From positions 1-64,000 of the IMG/VR virus record IMGVR_UViG_3300033143_005193: a DNA stretch of 64,000 nt; one strand, 5' to 3'. The stretch comes from a virus. Both the position numbers and the translations under genes were made by a program. The notes beneath the pieces were generated by a model. That model worked only from the letters and a program-made list of their open reading frames with translations. It made no database searches and was not told the DNA's origin. Shown here in pieces: positions 18,861 through 28,393 of this stretch (its first letter is position 1; every line of letters starts with the position of its first letter).

Positions 18861-19961
18861 TTATTCATGATTTTTCAACAAAAATGAACAAAAATCACCA
18901 GCATATATACAGACCCAATTTGATTCATTTCCTACTCGCGTTGGTATTAATCTATATTCTCTATCACCCAAACCCAATTGACCATAATTATTATCACCCC
19001 AAGTATATAATTCACCTAAATCATTAATAGATAATGAATGACACAACCCACAAGCTATTTTTTTCCAATTAGATTCATTTCCAACTCGTGTTGATATTGA
19101 TCTATTTTTCCTATCATCCAATCCCAATTGACCATAATAATTATCACCAAAAGCATATAATTCACCACGATCATTAATGGCTAATGAATGATTATAACCA
19201 CAAGCTATTTCTTTCCAATTTAATTCACTTCCTGTTCGTGTTGGTATCGATCTATTTTTCCTATCATCCAATCCCAATTGACCATAATAATTATCACCAA
19301 AAGCATACAATTCACCACGATCATTAATGGCTAATGAATGAAACCAACCACAAGATATTTTAACCCAATTTGATTCGCTTCCTACTCGTGTTGGTGTTAA
19401 TCTATCTTCTTTATCACCTAAACCCAATAGACCACAATCATTATAACCCCAAGTATATAATTCACCTAAATCATTTATAGCTAATGAATGATATCTTCCA
19501 CAAGCTATTTTAACCCAATTCAAACTATTTCCAACTCGTGTTGGTGTTAATCTATATTCTCTATCACCCAAACCCAATTGACCATAATAATTACGACCCC
19601 AAGCATATAATTCACCATGATTATTAATAGCTAATGAATAACACCAACCACAAGATATTTTAACCCAATTTGATTCACTTCCTACTCGTGTTGGTGTTGA
19701 TCTATTTTCTTTGTCACCTAATCCTAATTGACCGTAAGTGTTTTCACCACAAACATATAATTTACCAGAACCATCGATAGTTAATAAATGGTTACTACTA
19801 AAAGATATTTTAATCATGTTATTAATACTACCAATTAATGTTAATCCTGGTATAAAATATAAATCTTCTGGATTCAATTCATACCCACAAGCATATAAAT
19901 CATAAATGGTTTCATTATTAGATCTATCCAAAATTTCATTTGTTTTATAATACAATGTCAT
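18861..19961 (-). CDS. RCC1-repeat protein, copy 3
   Basis: 366 aa, same repeats. Confidence 0.95.
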   Translation of the reverse strand: MTLYYKTNEILDRSNNETIYDLYACGYELNPEDLYFIPGLTLIGSINNMIKISFSSNHLLTIDGSGKLYVCGENTYGQLGLGDKENRSTPTRVGSESNWVKISCGWCYSLAINNHGELYAWGRNYYGQLGLGDREYRLTPTRVGNSLNWVKIACGRYHSLAINDLGELYTWGYNDCGLLGLGDKEDRLTPTRVGSESNWVKISCGWFHSLAINDRGELYAFGDNYYGQLGLDDRKNRSIPTRTGSELNWKEIACGYNHSLAINDRGELYAFGDNYYGQLGLDDRKNRSISTRVGNESNWKKIACGLCHSLSINDLGELYTWGDNNYGQLGLGDREYRLIPTRVGNESNWVCIYAGDFCSFLLKNHE

Positions 19962-19973
19962 CTTTATTCACCT

Positions 19974-21077
19974 TTATTCATGCTTTTTCAACAAAAAGGA
20001 ACAAAAATCACCGGCATGTACTCCTACCCAATTTGATTCATTTCCTACTCGTGTTAGTGTTAATCTATTTATTTCATCACCTAAGCCTAATTGACCATAA
20101 ACATTATTACCAAAAGCATATAATTCACCACGATCATTAATAGCTAATGAATGACACACCCCACAAGATATTTTAATCCAATTTGATTTATTCCCTACTC
20201 GTGTTGGTAATAATCTTCTTTCTGTATCACCCAAACCTAACTGACCATCACCATTATAACCCCAAGCATATAATTCATCACTATCATTAATAGCTAATGA
20301 ATAATATTTTCCACAAGATATATTAACCCAATTTGATTCAATTCCTACCCTTGTTGGTGTTAACCTATCTTTCCTATCACCTAATCCTAATTGACCATAA
20401 TAATTACGACCCCAAGCATACAATTCACCACAATCATTAATAGCTAATGAATAATATCCACCACAAGATGCATTAACCCAATTTGAATCATTCCCCACCC
20501 TTGTTGGTGTTAATCTATCCATTCTATTACCTAAGCCTAATTGACCATAACTATTATAACCCCAAGCATACAATTCACCATTATTATTGATAGCCAATGA
20601 ATGATATCTTCCACAAAATACATCAACCCAATTTGAATCATTCCCTATTCTTGTTGGTGTTGATCTATCTTCTTTATCACCCAAACCTAACTGACCACAA
20701 TCATTATAACCCCAAGCATATAATTCACCATTATTATTGATAGCCAAAAAATAACACCACCCACAAGCTATTTCTTTCCAATTTGATTCACTTCCTATTC
20801 GTGTTGGTTCCGATCTATCTATTTTATCACCCAAACCCAATTGACCAAAAACATTATAACCACAAGCATATAATTCACCATGATTGTTTATTGCTAACGA
20901 ATTACTACTATTACAAGCTATTTTAATTACATTATCAATACTACCAAGTAGCGTTAATTGTAATATATCTGAAAAACCTTCTAAATTCAATTTAGATCCA
21001 CAAGCATACAAATCATAAATGGTTTCATTATTAAATCTATCCAATATTTCATTTGTTTTATACATTTTCTTATTCAC
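19974..21077 (-). CDS. RCC1-repeat protein, copy 2
   Basis: Same repeats; real start may be the downstream MYKTNE. Confidence 0.95.
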   Translation of the reverse strand: MNKKMYKTNEILDRFNNETIYDLYACGSKLNLEGFSDILQLTLLGSIDNVIKIACNSSNSLAINNHGELYACGYNVFGQLGLGDKIDRSEPTRIGSESNWKEIACGWCYFLAINNNGELYAWGYNDCGQLGLGDKEDRSTPTRIGNDSNWVDVFCGRYHSLAINNNGELYAWGYNSYGQLGLGNRMDRLTPTRVGNDSNWVNASCGGYYSLAINDCGELYAWGRNYYGQLGLGDRKDRLTPTRVGIESNWVNISCGKYYSLAINDSDELYAWGYNGDGQLGLGDTERRLLPTRVGNKSNWIKISCGVCHSLAINDRGELYAFGNNVYGQLGLGDEINRLTLTRVGNESNWVGVHAGDFCSFLLKKHE

Positions 21078-21079
21078 CT

Positions 21080-21880
21080 TTATTCATGCTTTTTCAACAA
21101 AAAAGAACAAAAATCACCAGCATATATTTCGACCCAATTTGATTCATTTCCTACTCGTGTTAGTGTTGATCTATTTTCTTTATCATCTAATCCCAACTGA
21201 CCATGATTATTATGACCACAGGCATACAACCCACCACGATCATTAATAGCTAACGAATGATTATAACCACAAGATATTTCTTTCCAATTTGATTCATTTC
21301 TAACTTGTGTTGGTTCTAATCTATTTAAAATATCACCTAAGCCTAATTGACCTTTATCATTATCACCCCAAGCATACAATTCACCACGATCATTAATAGC
21401 CAATAAATGATATTCACCACAAGCTATTTTTCTCCAATTTGAATCATTCCCTATTCGTGTTGGTTCTAATCTATTTAAAATATCACCTAAGCCTAATTGA
21501 CCATAATAATTATCACCCCAAGAATATAATTCACCACGATCATTAATAGCCAATGAATGATATCTTCCACAAAACACATCAACCCAATTTGAATCATTTC
21601 CTATTCTTATTAGTATTAATCTATTTACTGTATCACCAAGACCCAATTGACCATAACCATTATAACCACAAGAATATAATTCACCACGATCATTTATTGC
21701 TAATGAATTACTACTATTACAAGCTATTTTAATTACATTATTAACGCTACCGAGTAATGTTAATTGAGATCCAAAAAACAAATCCTGAGAATTTAATTTA
21801 TACCCACAAGCATACAAATCATAAATGGTTTCATTATTAGATCTATCCAAAATTTCATTTGTTTTATAACACAATAACAT
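21080..21880 (-). CDS. RCC1-repeat protein, copy 1 (266 aa, two blades fewer)
   Basis: Start reassigned to MLLCYKTNE (ATG 21880) by homology with paralogues; a promoter lies inside the longer ORF call. Confidence 0.9.
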   Translation of the reverse strand: MLLCYKTNEILDRSNNETIYDLYACGYKLNSQDLFFGSQLTLLGSVNNVIKIACNSSNSLAINDRGELYSCGYNGYGQLGLGDTVNRLILIRIGNDSNWVDVFCGRYHSLAINDRGELYSWGDNYYGQLGLGDILNRLEPTRIGNDSNWRKIACGEYHLLAINDRGELYAWGDNDKGQLGLGDILNRLEPTQVRNESNWKEISCGYNHSLAINDRGGLYACGHNNHGQLGLDDKENRSTLTRVGNESNWVEIYAGDFCSFLLKKHE

Positions 21881-21914
21881 TTTTTCAAAATACCCTTCGA
21901 TATATTTTTTCAAT

Positions 21915-21943
21915 ATTATACTATAAAACATGAAAAAAGTAAA
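21915..21943 (-). promoter_or_regulatory. Sigma70-type early promoter of the RCC1 operon
   Basis: TTTACT-17-TATAAT. Confidence 0.7.
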
Positions 21944-21993
21944 TTTTTTCATCAAAAAATGATAAATATACAAAAAATAGGAGGAATATATAA

Positions 21994-22455
21994 ATGTTCA
22001 AAAAAATCTTTTCAACTTTTTTATTAAAACCATTATTGGTTTGGATTGCAAAAAAGACTGATAATTATAAAACCATTATCGGATTGATTGGTTCTGTTTT
22101 TGTAATTATAGGTTATATAATAAATTATATGTATCCAGAAGTTACAAAATCAATCACACCGCTATTAACAGAAGATAAAATTAATGAAATACTGAATATA
22201 ATGCTTTTAATTTTCGGTGGTACAACAGTTGGTGGTGTTACTCATAAGATTGTAAAAACCCAAAAAGAAATTAAAAAAGTTTCTGATATAAAAGAAGATC
22301 TAAATGAAATCAAACAAGAAATAAAGAAGCAAAAACAAATAGAAGAAGATATTAAATTAGATAAAGTAACAAGAGAATTAGAACATCTTAAAGAAATCAT
22401 ACAAAATAACAAAGGAACAATAACATCAAATTACAATGATTACGAACAACATTGA
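21994..22455 (+). CDS. Membrane protein (2 TM plus coiled coil), holin-like
   Basis: Two hydrophobic segments; AGGAGG RBS. Confidence 0.55.
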   Translation: MFKKIFSTFLLKPLLVWIAKKTDNYKTIIGLIGSVFVIIGYIINYMYPEVTKSITPLLTEDKINEILNIMLLIFGGTTVGGVTHKIVKTQKEIKKVSDIKEDLNEIKQEIKKQKQIEEDIKLDKVTRELEHLKEIIQNNKGTITSNYNDYEQH

Positions 22456-22595
22456 AGACCATAAAAAAGATCCAAAATCAGTCATACCAGTCAAGGATAT
22501 AAGAGAAAAAAAATCTTTTAGAATTCTTAAAACATTTCGCTTCGATTGGGATATTTGGATAGCCAGAAAAATTAAATCATTGTTCAAAAGGCATT

Positions 22596-22626
22596 AAAAA
22601 ACCACTCTTTTAAAGAGTGGTTTTTT
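22596..22626. terminator. Bidirectional intrinsic terminator
   Basis: AAAAAACCACTCTTT-t-AAAGAGTGGTTTTTT between convergent genes. Confidence 0.85.
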
Positions 22627-22643
22627 CTTGAAAAATTCATCAC

Positions 22644-23000
22644 TTATTTTTCCTCCACAGTAAAATCACATCCACTTTTATTAAGTTCTTCTGTTATCTT
22701 ATTAAAGATTCTTTCCTTTTCTTTCGCATCATATATATCTACAATGTCAAAAAGTATTCTATCTCTATTAAATAAAGTACAAAACAACCAATTTCCTTCT
22801 TTTATATTAAATTTATGTTCATCATACATTTTTTTAAATGTTTTACTTTTATTATAAAATTCATTTATTATCATTAAATTATCATCATGAAATCCAATTT
22901 TCATAAAACAAATTAATTCAGCACACTTATAAATAAAAATACTAACGGATATATAAATTAAAACCTTTAAAATGTTTAAAATAAAAACAACAGGAATCAT
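22644..23000 (-). CDS. Hypothetical membrane-anchored protein
   Basis: N-terminal hydrophobic helix. Confidence 0.6.
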   Translation of the reverse strand: MIPVVFILNILKVLIYISVSIFIYKCAELICFMKIGFHDDNLMIINEFYNKSKTFKKMYDEHKFNIKEGNWLFCTLFNRDRILFDIVDIYDAKEKERIFNKITEELNKSGCDFTVEEK

Positions 23001-23203
23001 TTTTTAAGACCCCCATTATTCTTAATTCCATTAGTAATTAAACCAACAACAGATGTAACAAGAATAAAAAACATAAATAATGTAAAGCACAAAAGAGAGA
23101 AATTAATAATACCTTCGAAAAAAATCATAAGACATTTCGATATAACACCTAAAAAAGAGAAACCAATAAAACATTTTAGAAAAAACTTAACACGTTTACT
23201 CAT
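22997..23203 (-). CDS. Small membrane protein related to the MDFILEC family
   Basis: KCLMIFFEGIINFSLLCF resembles ECVMIFWKGVIGFSFLCF; AGGAGG RBS. Confidence 0.6.
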   Translation of the reverse strand: MSKRVKFFLKCFIGFSFLGVISKCLMIFFEGIINFSLLCFTLFMFFILVTSVVGLITNGIKNNGGLKK

Positions 23204-23329
23204 AATTATCCTCCTTAATTATTCGGTTTCTTATTCTACAATTCCAATTAATATATTATCATTATACTGTTAAAAAATCAAAATACTAGCAGCTATATAG
23301 ATCAAAACCTTTAAAATACAATTATTTTT

Positions 23330-23476
23330 TTAAATATCCTTCCTATATATAATTTCATTAATAATTAAACCAATGATACCCATAAAAACAGAAATTATAA
23401 ATAACATAAAACATAAAAAAGAAAAACCAATAACACCTTTCCAAAAAATCATAACACATTCTAATATAAAGTCCAT
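23330..23476 (-). CDS. 48-aa membrane protein (MDFILECVMIFWKG...)
   Basis: Manual translation; GGGAG RBS; paralogue of 24673 and 26147. Confidence 0.65.
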   Translation of the reverse strand: MDFILECVMIFWKGVIGFSFLCFMLFIISVFMGIIGLIINEIIYRKDI

Positions 23477-23680
23477 AGTTTTTAATTATCTCCCTTGATT
23501 TACATTTTTATCATCTATAAACACATAATCAAATATATATTTCAAAAAATATTTATCATTCTTTTTTCTTAAAGGAAATAAAAATATACCCAATAATGAC
23601 AGTAAAAAACCCGATAAGAAAACCAATAATTAATAAAATTGAATAACACGGTATTATAATCATTTTAATCTCTTAATTAA

Positions 23681-24166
23681 CTATTTTTTATTTAATTGTT
23701 TATATTTCAACCGTAGTTGATCCATAAGCTTTGCTTTTTCTTCTTCTTCCTCACTCATCCGCCAATTTTCAGCGTCCAGATCATCAGCAAATTCACAAGT
23801 TATATTCTGAGCAACCGCCAATATATCAATAAAATCATCATCCTGGTCATATTCCCTTGAACCAAATAAATTATTAAAAAAATAATTATTAATTCTTCCG
23901 TTTTTTCGTTCACCCAATTTCAATACATCCGGTATAGATATAAGAACATTATGTATTTTTTTGGTCATAGTAAAAAGATCAACTTCCGCTGTTCCAAACT
24001 TATCAAACTTATAAGGGATTCGATTATAAAATTCTTTCAAAATCTTTTCCAGATTATCAGGTACAATATACGGTGACTGTATCACCAACCATTTAGCCAA
24101 AGCTCCAGTAATATCTTTCTTTGAAAGCAATATTGTTCTGTTAAATCTTTCTTTTATACTATCCAT
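23681..24166 (-). CDS. Hypothetical protein
   Basis: 161-aa ORF with GAGGA RBS. Confidence 0.65.
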   Translation of the reverse strand: MDSIKERFNRTILLSKKDITGALAKWLVIQSPYIVPDNLEKILKEFYNRIPYKFDKFGTAEVDLFTMTKKIHNVLISIPDVLKLGERKNGRINNYFFNNLFGSREYDQDDDFIDILAVAQNITCEFADDLDAENWRMSEEEEEKAKLMDQLRLKYKQLNKK

Positions 24167-24614
24167 TGTATATCCTCTTATTTATTTTTTTTATCTTATT
24201 AAATATATCAGAAACAGTTTTACCACCAATATACATAGCAGCAAATTTTAGATTATTAAAAACAACGCCTCCATTACGATCAACCATTTTAGCCACAGCC
24301 ATAAGTGATTTCCATTGTCCTTCTGAAAAACGTAAATCTTCATCACATGATAATATCACTAAAATTGTTTTATCTGGTCTTTTATTGCTATCATCGATAA
24401 CTTCAGCAATAGAATAAACTCCTGTCATTTTTGGTGTAATTGTATAAAGAACAAAATCACAAGTTTCACGTTCTTTAATTTCACGCACCATACACTCTTC
24501 TGTCCAATCAGGAACAACAGGATTAAACCATTTACATCCTTCTTCGCGTAAATAAATTATCATTTTATCACGCCAGATACTATCATAAGTTCCACCAAGA
24601 AATACTTTTTTCAT
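24159..24614 (-). CDS. Nucleoside 2-deoxyribosyltransferase-like protein
   Basis: KVFLGGT...WRD...FNPVVPDW...E...CD...GVYSIAE. Confidence 0.75.
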   Translation of the reverse strand: MKKVFLGGTYDSIWRDKMIIYLREEGCKWFNPVVPDWTEECMVREIKERETCDFVLYTITPKMTGVYSIAEVIDDSNKRPDKTILVILSCDEDLRFSEGQWKSLMAVAKMVDRNGGVVFNNLKFAAMYIGGKTVSDIFNKIKKINKRIYNG

Positions 24615-24672
24615 TTTATTATTATATCCTTCTTTTCGTAATAATCAAAACAAACGTAATCATCTATCCTCA

Positions 24673-24807
24673 TTAATCCAGAAAACTATCAATAGATAAA
24701 CCAATAATTGCCATTATAATGAAAAGAAAAAACAACACAAAGCTAACCACAACCCAACCCAAAGATCCCTTCAAAAAAATCATAGCACATTCTAATATAA
24801 AGTCCAT
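24673..24807 (-). CDS. 44-aa membrane protein (MDFILECAMIFLKG...)
   Basis: Manual translation; AGGAG RBS. Confidence 0.65.
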   Translation of the reverse strand: MDFILECAMIFLKGSLGWVVVSFVLFFLFIIMAIIGLSIDSFLD

Positions 24808-24851
24808 TATTCTTGCTCCTTTCAATATTTTATTCTACACTTACAATATCA

Positions 24852-25052
24852 TTATGCTGTTTTTAATGTTTCTGGTTTATATTCAGAGCAAAGATGAACC
24901 CCCAAAATTGTATAAACACAGTTTTGCTTCGAATCCCAATCTCTTGAAAAATCATGTAAATTTTTATTTCTTGTGATTACCCAATTGCTACATTTACCTT
25001 GTATATTCCAGTAACAATTATTTACACCTGATTTTAATTCTATCCCATACAT
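24852..25052 (-). CDS. Small Cys-containing hypothetical protein
   Basis: GGAG RBS; four Cys. Confidence 0.55.
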   Translation of the reverse strand: MYGIELKSGVNNCYWNIQGKCSNWVITRNKNLHDFSRDWDSKQNCVYTILGVHLCSEYKPETLKTA

Positions 25053-25062
25053 GATTTCTCCA

Positions 25063-25890
25063 TTAATGATTATTATTCTTCACTACATTTTTTCCAATAA
25101 TCAAGAGTTCTTTATAATCTCCACGAAACTTCTTATTTGCTGAAATCAAACTTTTACGACAAACAAAATGTATCTCAAATTCATTTTCATATAATTCTAT
25201 AATGCTTTTATGGTGAGCATTTGTAGATATAATAAAAGCACCACGTTCGGATGCTTTTTTTAAACAATTTGATAAGCGAACCTGATCATCCCAAGAAAAC
25301 AATTTCTCGTTATACTTAATAAACGGATTACTACAATATTTAACAGTATAAGGCGGATCTACAAAAATCAAATCACCAGATGAAGCATCGTTAATTACTT
25401 CTTCAAAATCACAAGATTTTAGTTTCGCTTTCTTTAGTAATTTAGATATACCTTCAAAATCATCCTTTTTAAAAATAATATTTTTTCGATTACCACCATA
25501 CGGTACGTTAAATTCTCCCTTACGATTAACACGATATATCCCGTTAAAACAAGTTCTATTCAAATAAATAAAACGAGCAGCTCTTTCTACAAGAGATTCA
25601 GGCACAGAAGACCTTATAGTACAATAATAATCACTTGAATTGTTCTTTGCATGATAATTAAGAATTTCTGCAACTTTTTGCCAATCATCTCTGATTGCAA
25701 TATATGTATCTATAAGTTCAGTATTAATATCATTAAGAATGGCACAATCAGGAGCAAGATAAAAAAACACAGAACCACCGCCAAGAAATGGTTCTATATA
25801 CCTACCAGAAAATGAAGAAAAAATATCAGAATAACGTTTTATAAGCCAACGTTTTCCACCAGCCCATTTAAGAAATGGTGAAATACACAT
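25063..25890 (-). CDS. dam: DNA adenine methyltransferase, Dam/D12 family
   Basis: LKWAGGK, EPFLGGGSV, YLNRTCFNG.YRVN, FVDPPY. Confidence 0.92.
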   Translation of the reverse strand: MCISPFLKWAGGKRWLIKRYSDIFSSFSGRYIEPFLGGGSVFFYLAPDCAILNDINTELIDTYIAIRDDWQKVAEILNYHAKNNSSDYYCTIRSSVPESLVERAARFIYLNRTCFNGIYRVNRKGEFNVPYGGNRKNIIFKKDDFEGISKLLKKAKLKSCDFEEVINDASSGDLIFVDPPYTVKYCSNPFIKYNEKLFSWDDQVRLSNCLKKASERGAFIISTNAHHKSIIELYENEFEIHFVCRKSLISANKKFRGDYKELLIIGKNVVKNNNH

Positions 25891-25965
25891 TATTTTGTAC
25901 CTCTTTGGTAATTATACTTTTTATTTCCGAAGCAATAGAGTTCTTTTGTCATTTCAACACATCAT

Positions 25966-26154
25966 CTATAAGTTCTGTACTAATGTTACTAAGAATAGTA
26001 TAAAGATAGAAAAACATAAAACCACCAATAAATAGTTCCATATTTTCATCAAAAAACGAAAATTTTCTATCACGGACTCCAATTCTTTTACAAAATCATT
26101 AGCTTGATCAATCTCTTCTTTTATTTGTAAATTTTTTGGTTCTTCATTAATCAT
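25966..26154 (-). CDS. Small membrane protein
   Basis: C-terminal TM helix. Confidence 0.55.
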   Translation of the reverse strand: MINEEPKNLQIKEEIDQANDFVKELESVIENFRFLMKIWNYLLVVLCFSIFILFLVTLVQNL

Positions 26155-26287
26155 TTTCCCTTTTCCTGTTTATCACTTTATCTATAAGCACTAAAGAGCA
26201 AAAAATCAAAGATAACATAAAAAGTAAAGCAGCACAACCCCACATACATTTTAAAAAAGTTAAAATACATTCTATTATAAAGTCCAT
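26147..26287 (-). CDS. 46-aa membrane protein (MDFIIECILTFLKC...)
   Basis: Manual translation; GAGGA RBS. Confidence 0.6.
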   Translation of the reverse strand: MDFIIECILTFLKCMWGCAALLFMLSLIFCSLVLIDKVINRKREND

Positions 26288-26411
26288 TATTTTTCCTCTA
26301 TCTTAATAAATTATTGTTTCATTTTCTTTATCAAAATACTGGTAACAACAAACCCAAAAACAAACGAAACAACAAACGTAACAATTAAAAGTATAGAATA
26401 TAGTATCATAA

Positions 26412-26648
26412 TTAATCCTTTTCTATCATATGACTCCAATATAAAACAACAGGATACTTAGCCCACGCCCAATTATTTTCATTTAATTGTTCTATTTTCC
26501 GTAAAAACATTCCTCTTTTATCATCTATATTCTTTAAAAGTAACCAAGTATTCCCCATACCATCACCCAAATCATCCACATCAGCTAGATACCTATAATA
26601 TTTAAAAACAAAAGGATTATCTATTAAAGAATCATAATCTGTTACCAT
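26412..26648 (-). CDS. Hypothetical protein
   Basis: ORF track. Confidence 0.55.
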   Translation of the reverse strand: MVTDYDSLIDNPFVFKYYRYLADVDDLGDGMGNTWLLLKNIDDKRGMFLRKIEQLNENNWAWAKYPVVLYWSHMIEKD

Positions 26649-26681
26649 TCATTTCTTTTCCTATTTTTCTGAAGAAGTTTA

Positions 26682-27164
26682 CTATTTACCCAAAAACACA
26701 ACTTTAATGTTTTTCCTCTTCCCTATCTCCATAGCCTCTTTTTTCTTCCCAACATATATATCCAAACTTTTCTTATAACGTCTATTCATTAAATCATTAA
26801 CATACCTTACACCATACCCCTGTATATATACACGACCACCAAGCCAGTGCATATAGTCCATACTAACAGCACATGTTTTACCAGATACAGGTTTTTCCAT
26901 TATAGCAGTATTATTATTGTCATCATTTGTTTCATTCTTGGCATTAGTATATGCTGTTATGGTCATATCAGCAGAAATATACTGCATAGGTACAGTATTC
27001 TCTTCAATTTTTTTAACCATTTCATATATATTATTATTTATCTTATATATATTACTATCCATTTCATGTATATTTTTATTTATCTTATATATATTATTGA
27101 TTATACCACCACTAATAATAATACAGATTACAATTGCTATTGTAATAAATTTATTTGATATCAT
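26682..27164 (-). CDS. Membrane-anchored 3D-domain (MltA-like) cell-wall protein
   Basis: N-terminal TM; ITAYT...CAVS...RVYIQGYG..YVND...LDIYV. Confidence 0.75.
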   Translation of the reverse strand: MISNKFITIAIVICIIISGGIINNIYKINKNIHEMDSNIYKINNNIYEMVKKIEENTVPMQYISADMTITAYTNAKNETNDDNNNTAIMEKPVSGKTCAVSMDYMHWLGGRVYIQGYGVRYVNDLMNRRYKKSLDIYVGKKKEAMEIGKRKNIKVVFLGK

Positions 27165-27397
27165 TATATTTCAAGATCCTGTAGGACGTCACGGAAAATG
27201 TTCTGTTTGTTTATATAAACAATATCATTTACAGGCCATTTATACTTGTTTTCCTCTACTTTAAAATATTTTTTATCTTCATCATATTTTTGAAATGTCA
27301 TGGATTTTTTAAGGAATTGTTTCATATTTTCTGTAAGTCCGATAAACTTATAATGTTTTGTATCACCACCCATTCTAACAGTATATCCTTCTTTCAT
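27164..27397 (-). CDS. Small hypothetical protein, paralogue of 28036
   Basis: GL...M....K.MTF.K...F.VEEN...WP..DI shared. Confidence 0.65.
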   Translation of the reverse strand: MKEGYTVRMGGDTKHYKFIGLTENMKQFLKKSMTFQKYDEDKKYFKVEENKYKWPVNDIVYINKQNIFRDVLQDLEI

Positions 27398-27811
27398 ATT
27401 ACTATCTCCTTCTCTTTTTCATTATCATAATACTTTAGAATAAATTAAATTCTTTTATAAATAAAACCATTATATATACATATACAGGCATAATAAAAAA
27501 TGCAAAAAGTAACATCATTCCGATAACATCATTATTTATAGGATTTTTTCTTGCAATAATAATAGTTATTATTGGCCATAATAGTGTCGGTATTACTATT
27601 TCCCAATACATTATATTTATTTCTCCGAAAGTAAAACAGCCATTGCTATACCAGCAAATATGATACCAGCAACGGTGATTACAGTTAATGGTGCTTCACT
27701 CAACTTTTGTAATGGAAGAGATCCAAGCAAATACTTGTTTACACCTATTAAAATTAAATACACAAATATAAGATCAACAATTTTTTTTATCATTATATCC
27801 TCTCAAATCTT

Positions 27812-28003
27812 TTAATTTTTAATGGTCTTATATACTACTTTAATCATCCAAATCAAAAGTAAAAGTTTAATAGTTGTAACAACAGGTTTATCCTCAAATC
27901 TATTAGTCCAGGAATCTAACAAAGTCTCGATCTTATCTTCGAATTTACCGATTCCACTTTTTTCTGTGTTTTCCATTTTTTTATATTCTCCTTTCATTAT
28001 CAT
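27812..28003 (-). CDS. Small protein with C-terminal hydrophobic helix
   Basis: Probable start MENTEK after AGGAG; TTTACA-17-TATTAT upstream. Confidence 0.55.
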   Translation of the reverse strand: MIMKGEYKKMENTEKSGIGKFEDKIETLLDSWTNRFEDKPVVTTIKLLLLIWMIKVVYKTIKN

Positions 28004-28035
28004 AATACCAAAAATAACATTTTTTGTAAACTTCT

Positions 28036-28296
28036 TTATATTCTTAATTCCTTTTCTAAATCAATGTTAAATATATTTTTTTTACTATACCATATAATAT
28101 CTTTTGTAGGCCAAGTCCAATAATTTTCTTCTACATAAAATCTATCTTTTTCATATCCAAATTTTTTAAAAGTCATTGTTTTATCACGCCAACTATACAT
28201 TTTTTTACTTAATCCTATAATAGGCCAATTACCACAATTGTTATAATATTCTTTTTTTAACCCTACTTTTATTTTGTCACCTGGATTGATTTTCAT
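28036..28296 (-). CDS. Small KOW/SH3-like hypothetical protein
   Basis: INPGDKIKV; paralogue of 27164. Confidence 0.65.
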   Translation of the reverse strand: MKINPGDKIKVGLKKEYYNNCGNWPIIGLSKKMYSWRDKTMTFKKFGYEKDRFYVEENYWTWPTKDIIWYSKKNIFNIDLEKELRI

Positions 28297-28393
28297 ATAT
28301 CATTCCTTTCAAAATCAATGTTTTATTATGTATATTTACCATATATAATACAATATGTAAATATGGAATGTTTTAAAGAGATTAGAATTGAAA

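Noticed and set aside
13319-21880. Complete diversity-generating retroelement
   Set aside because: No reverse transcriptase, accessory gene or non-coding template repeat in the window; kept only as a codon-bias hypothesis
13319-21880. Eukaryotic giant-virus origin suggested by RCC1 repeats
   Set aside because: Shine-Dalgarno sites, sigma70 promoters, gp55, T4-like baseplate and UvsX indicate a bacteriophage
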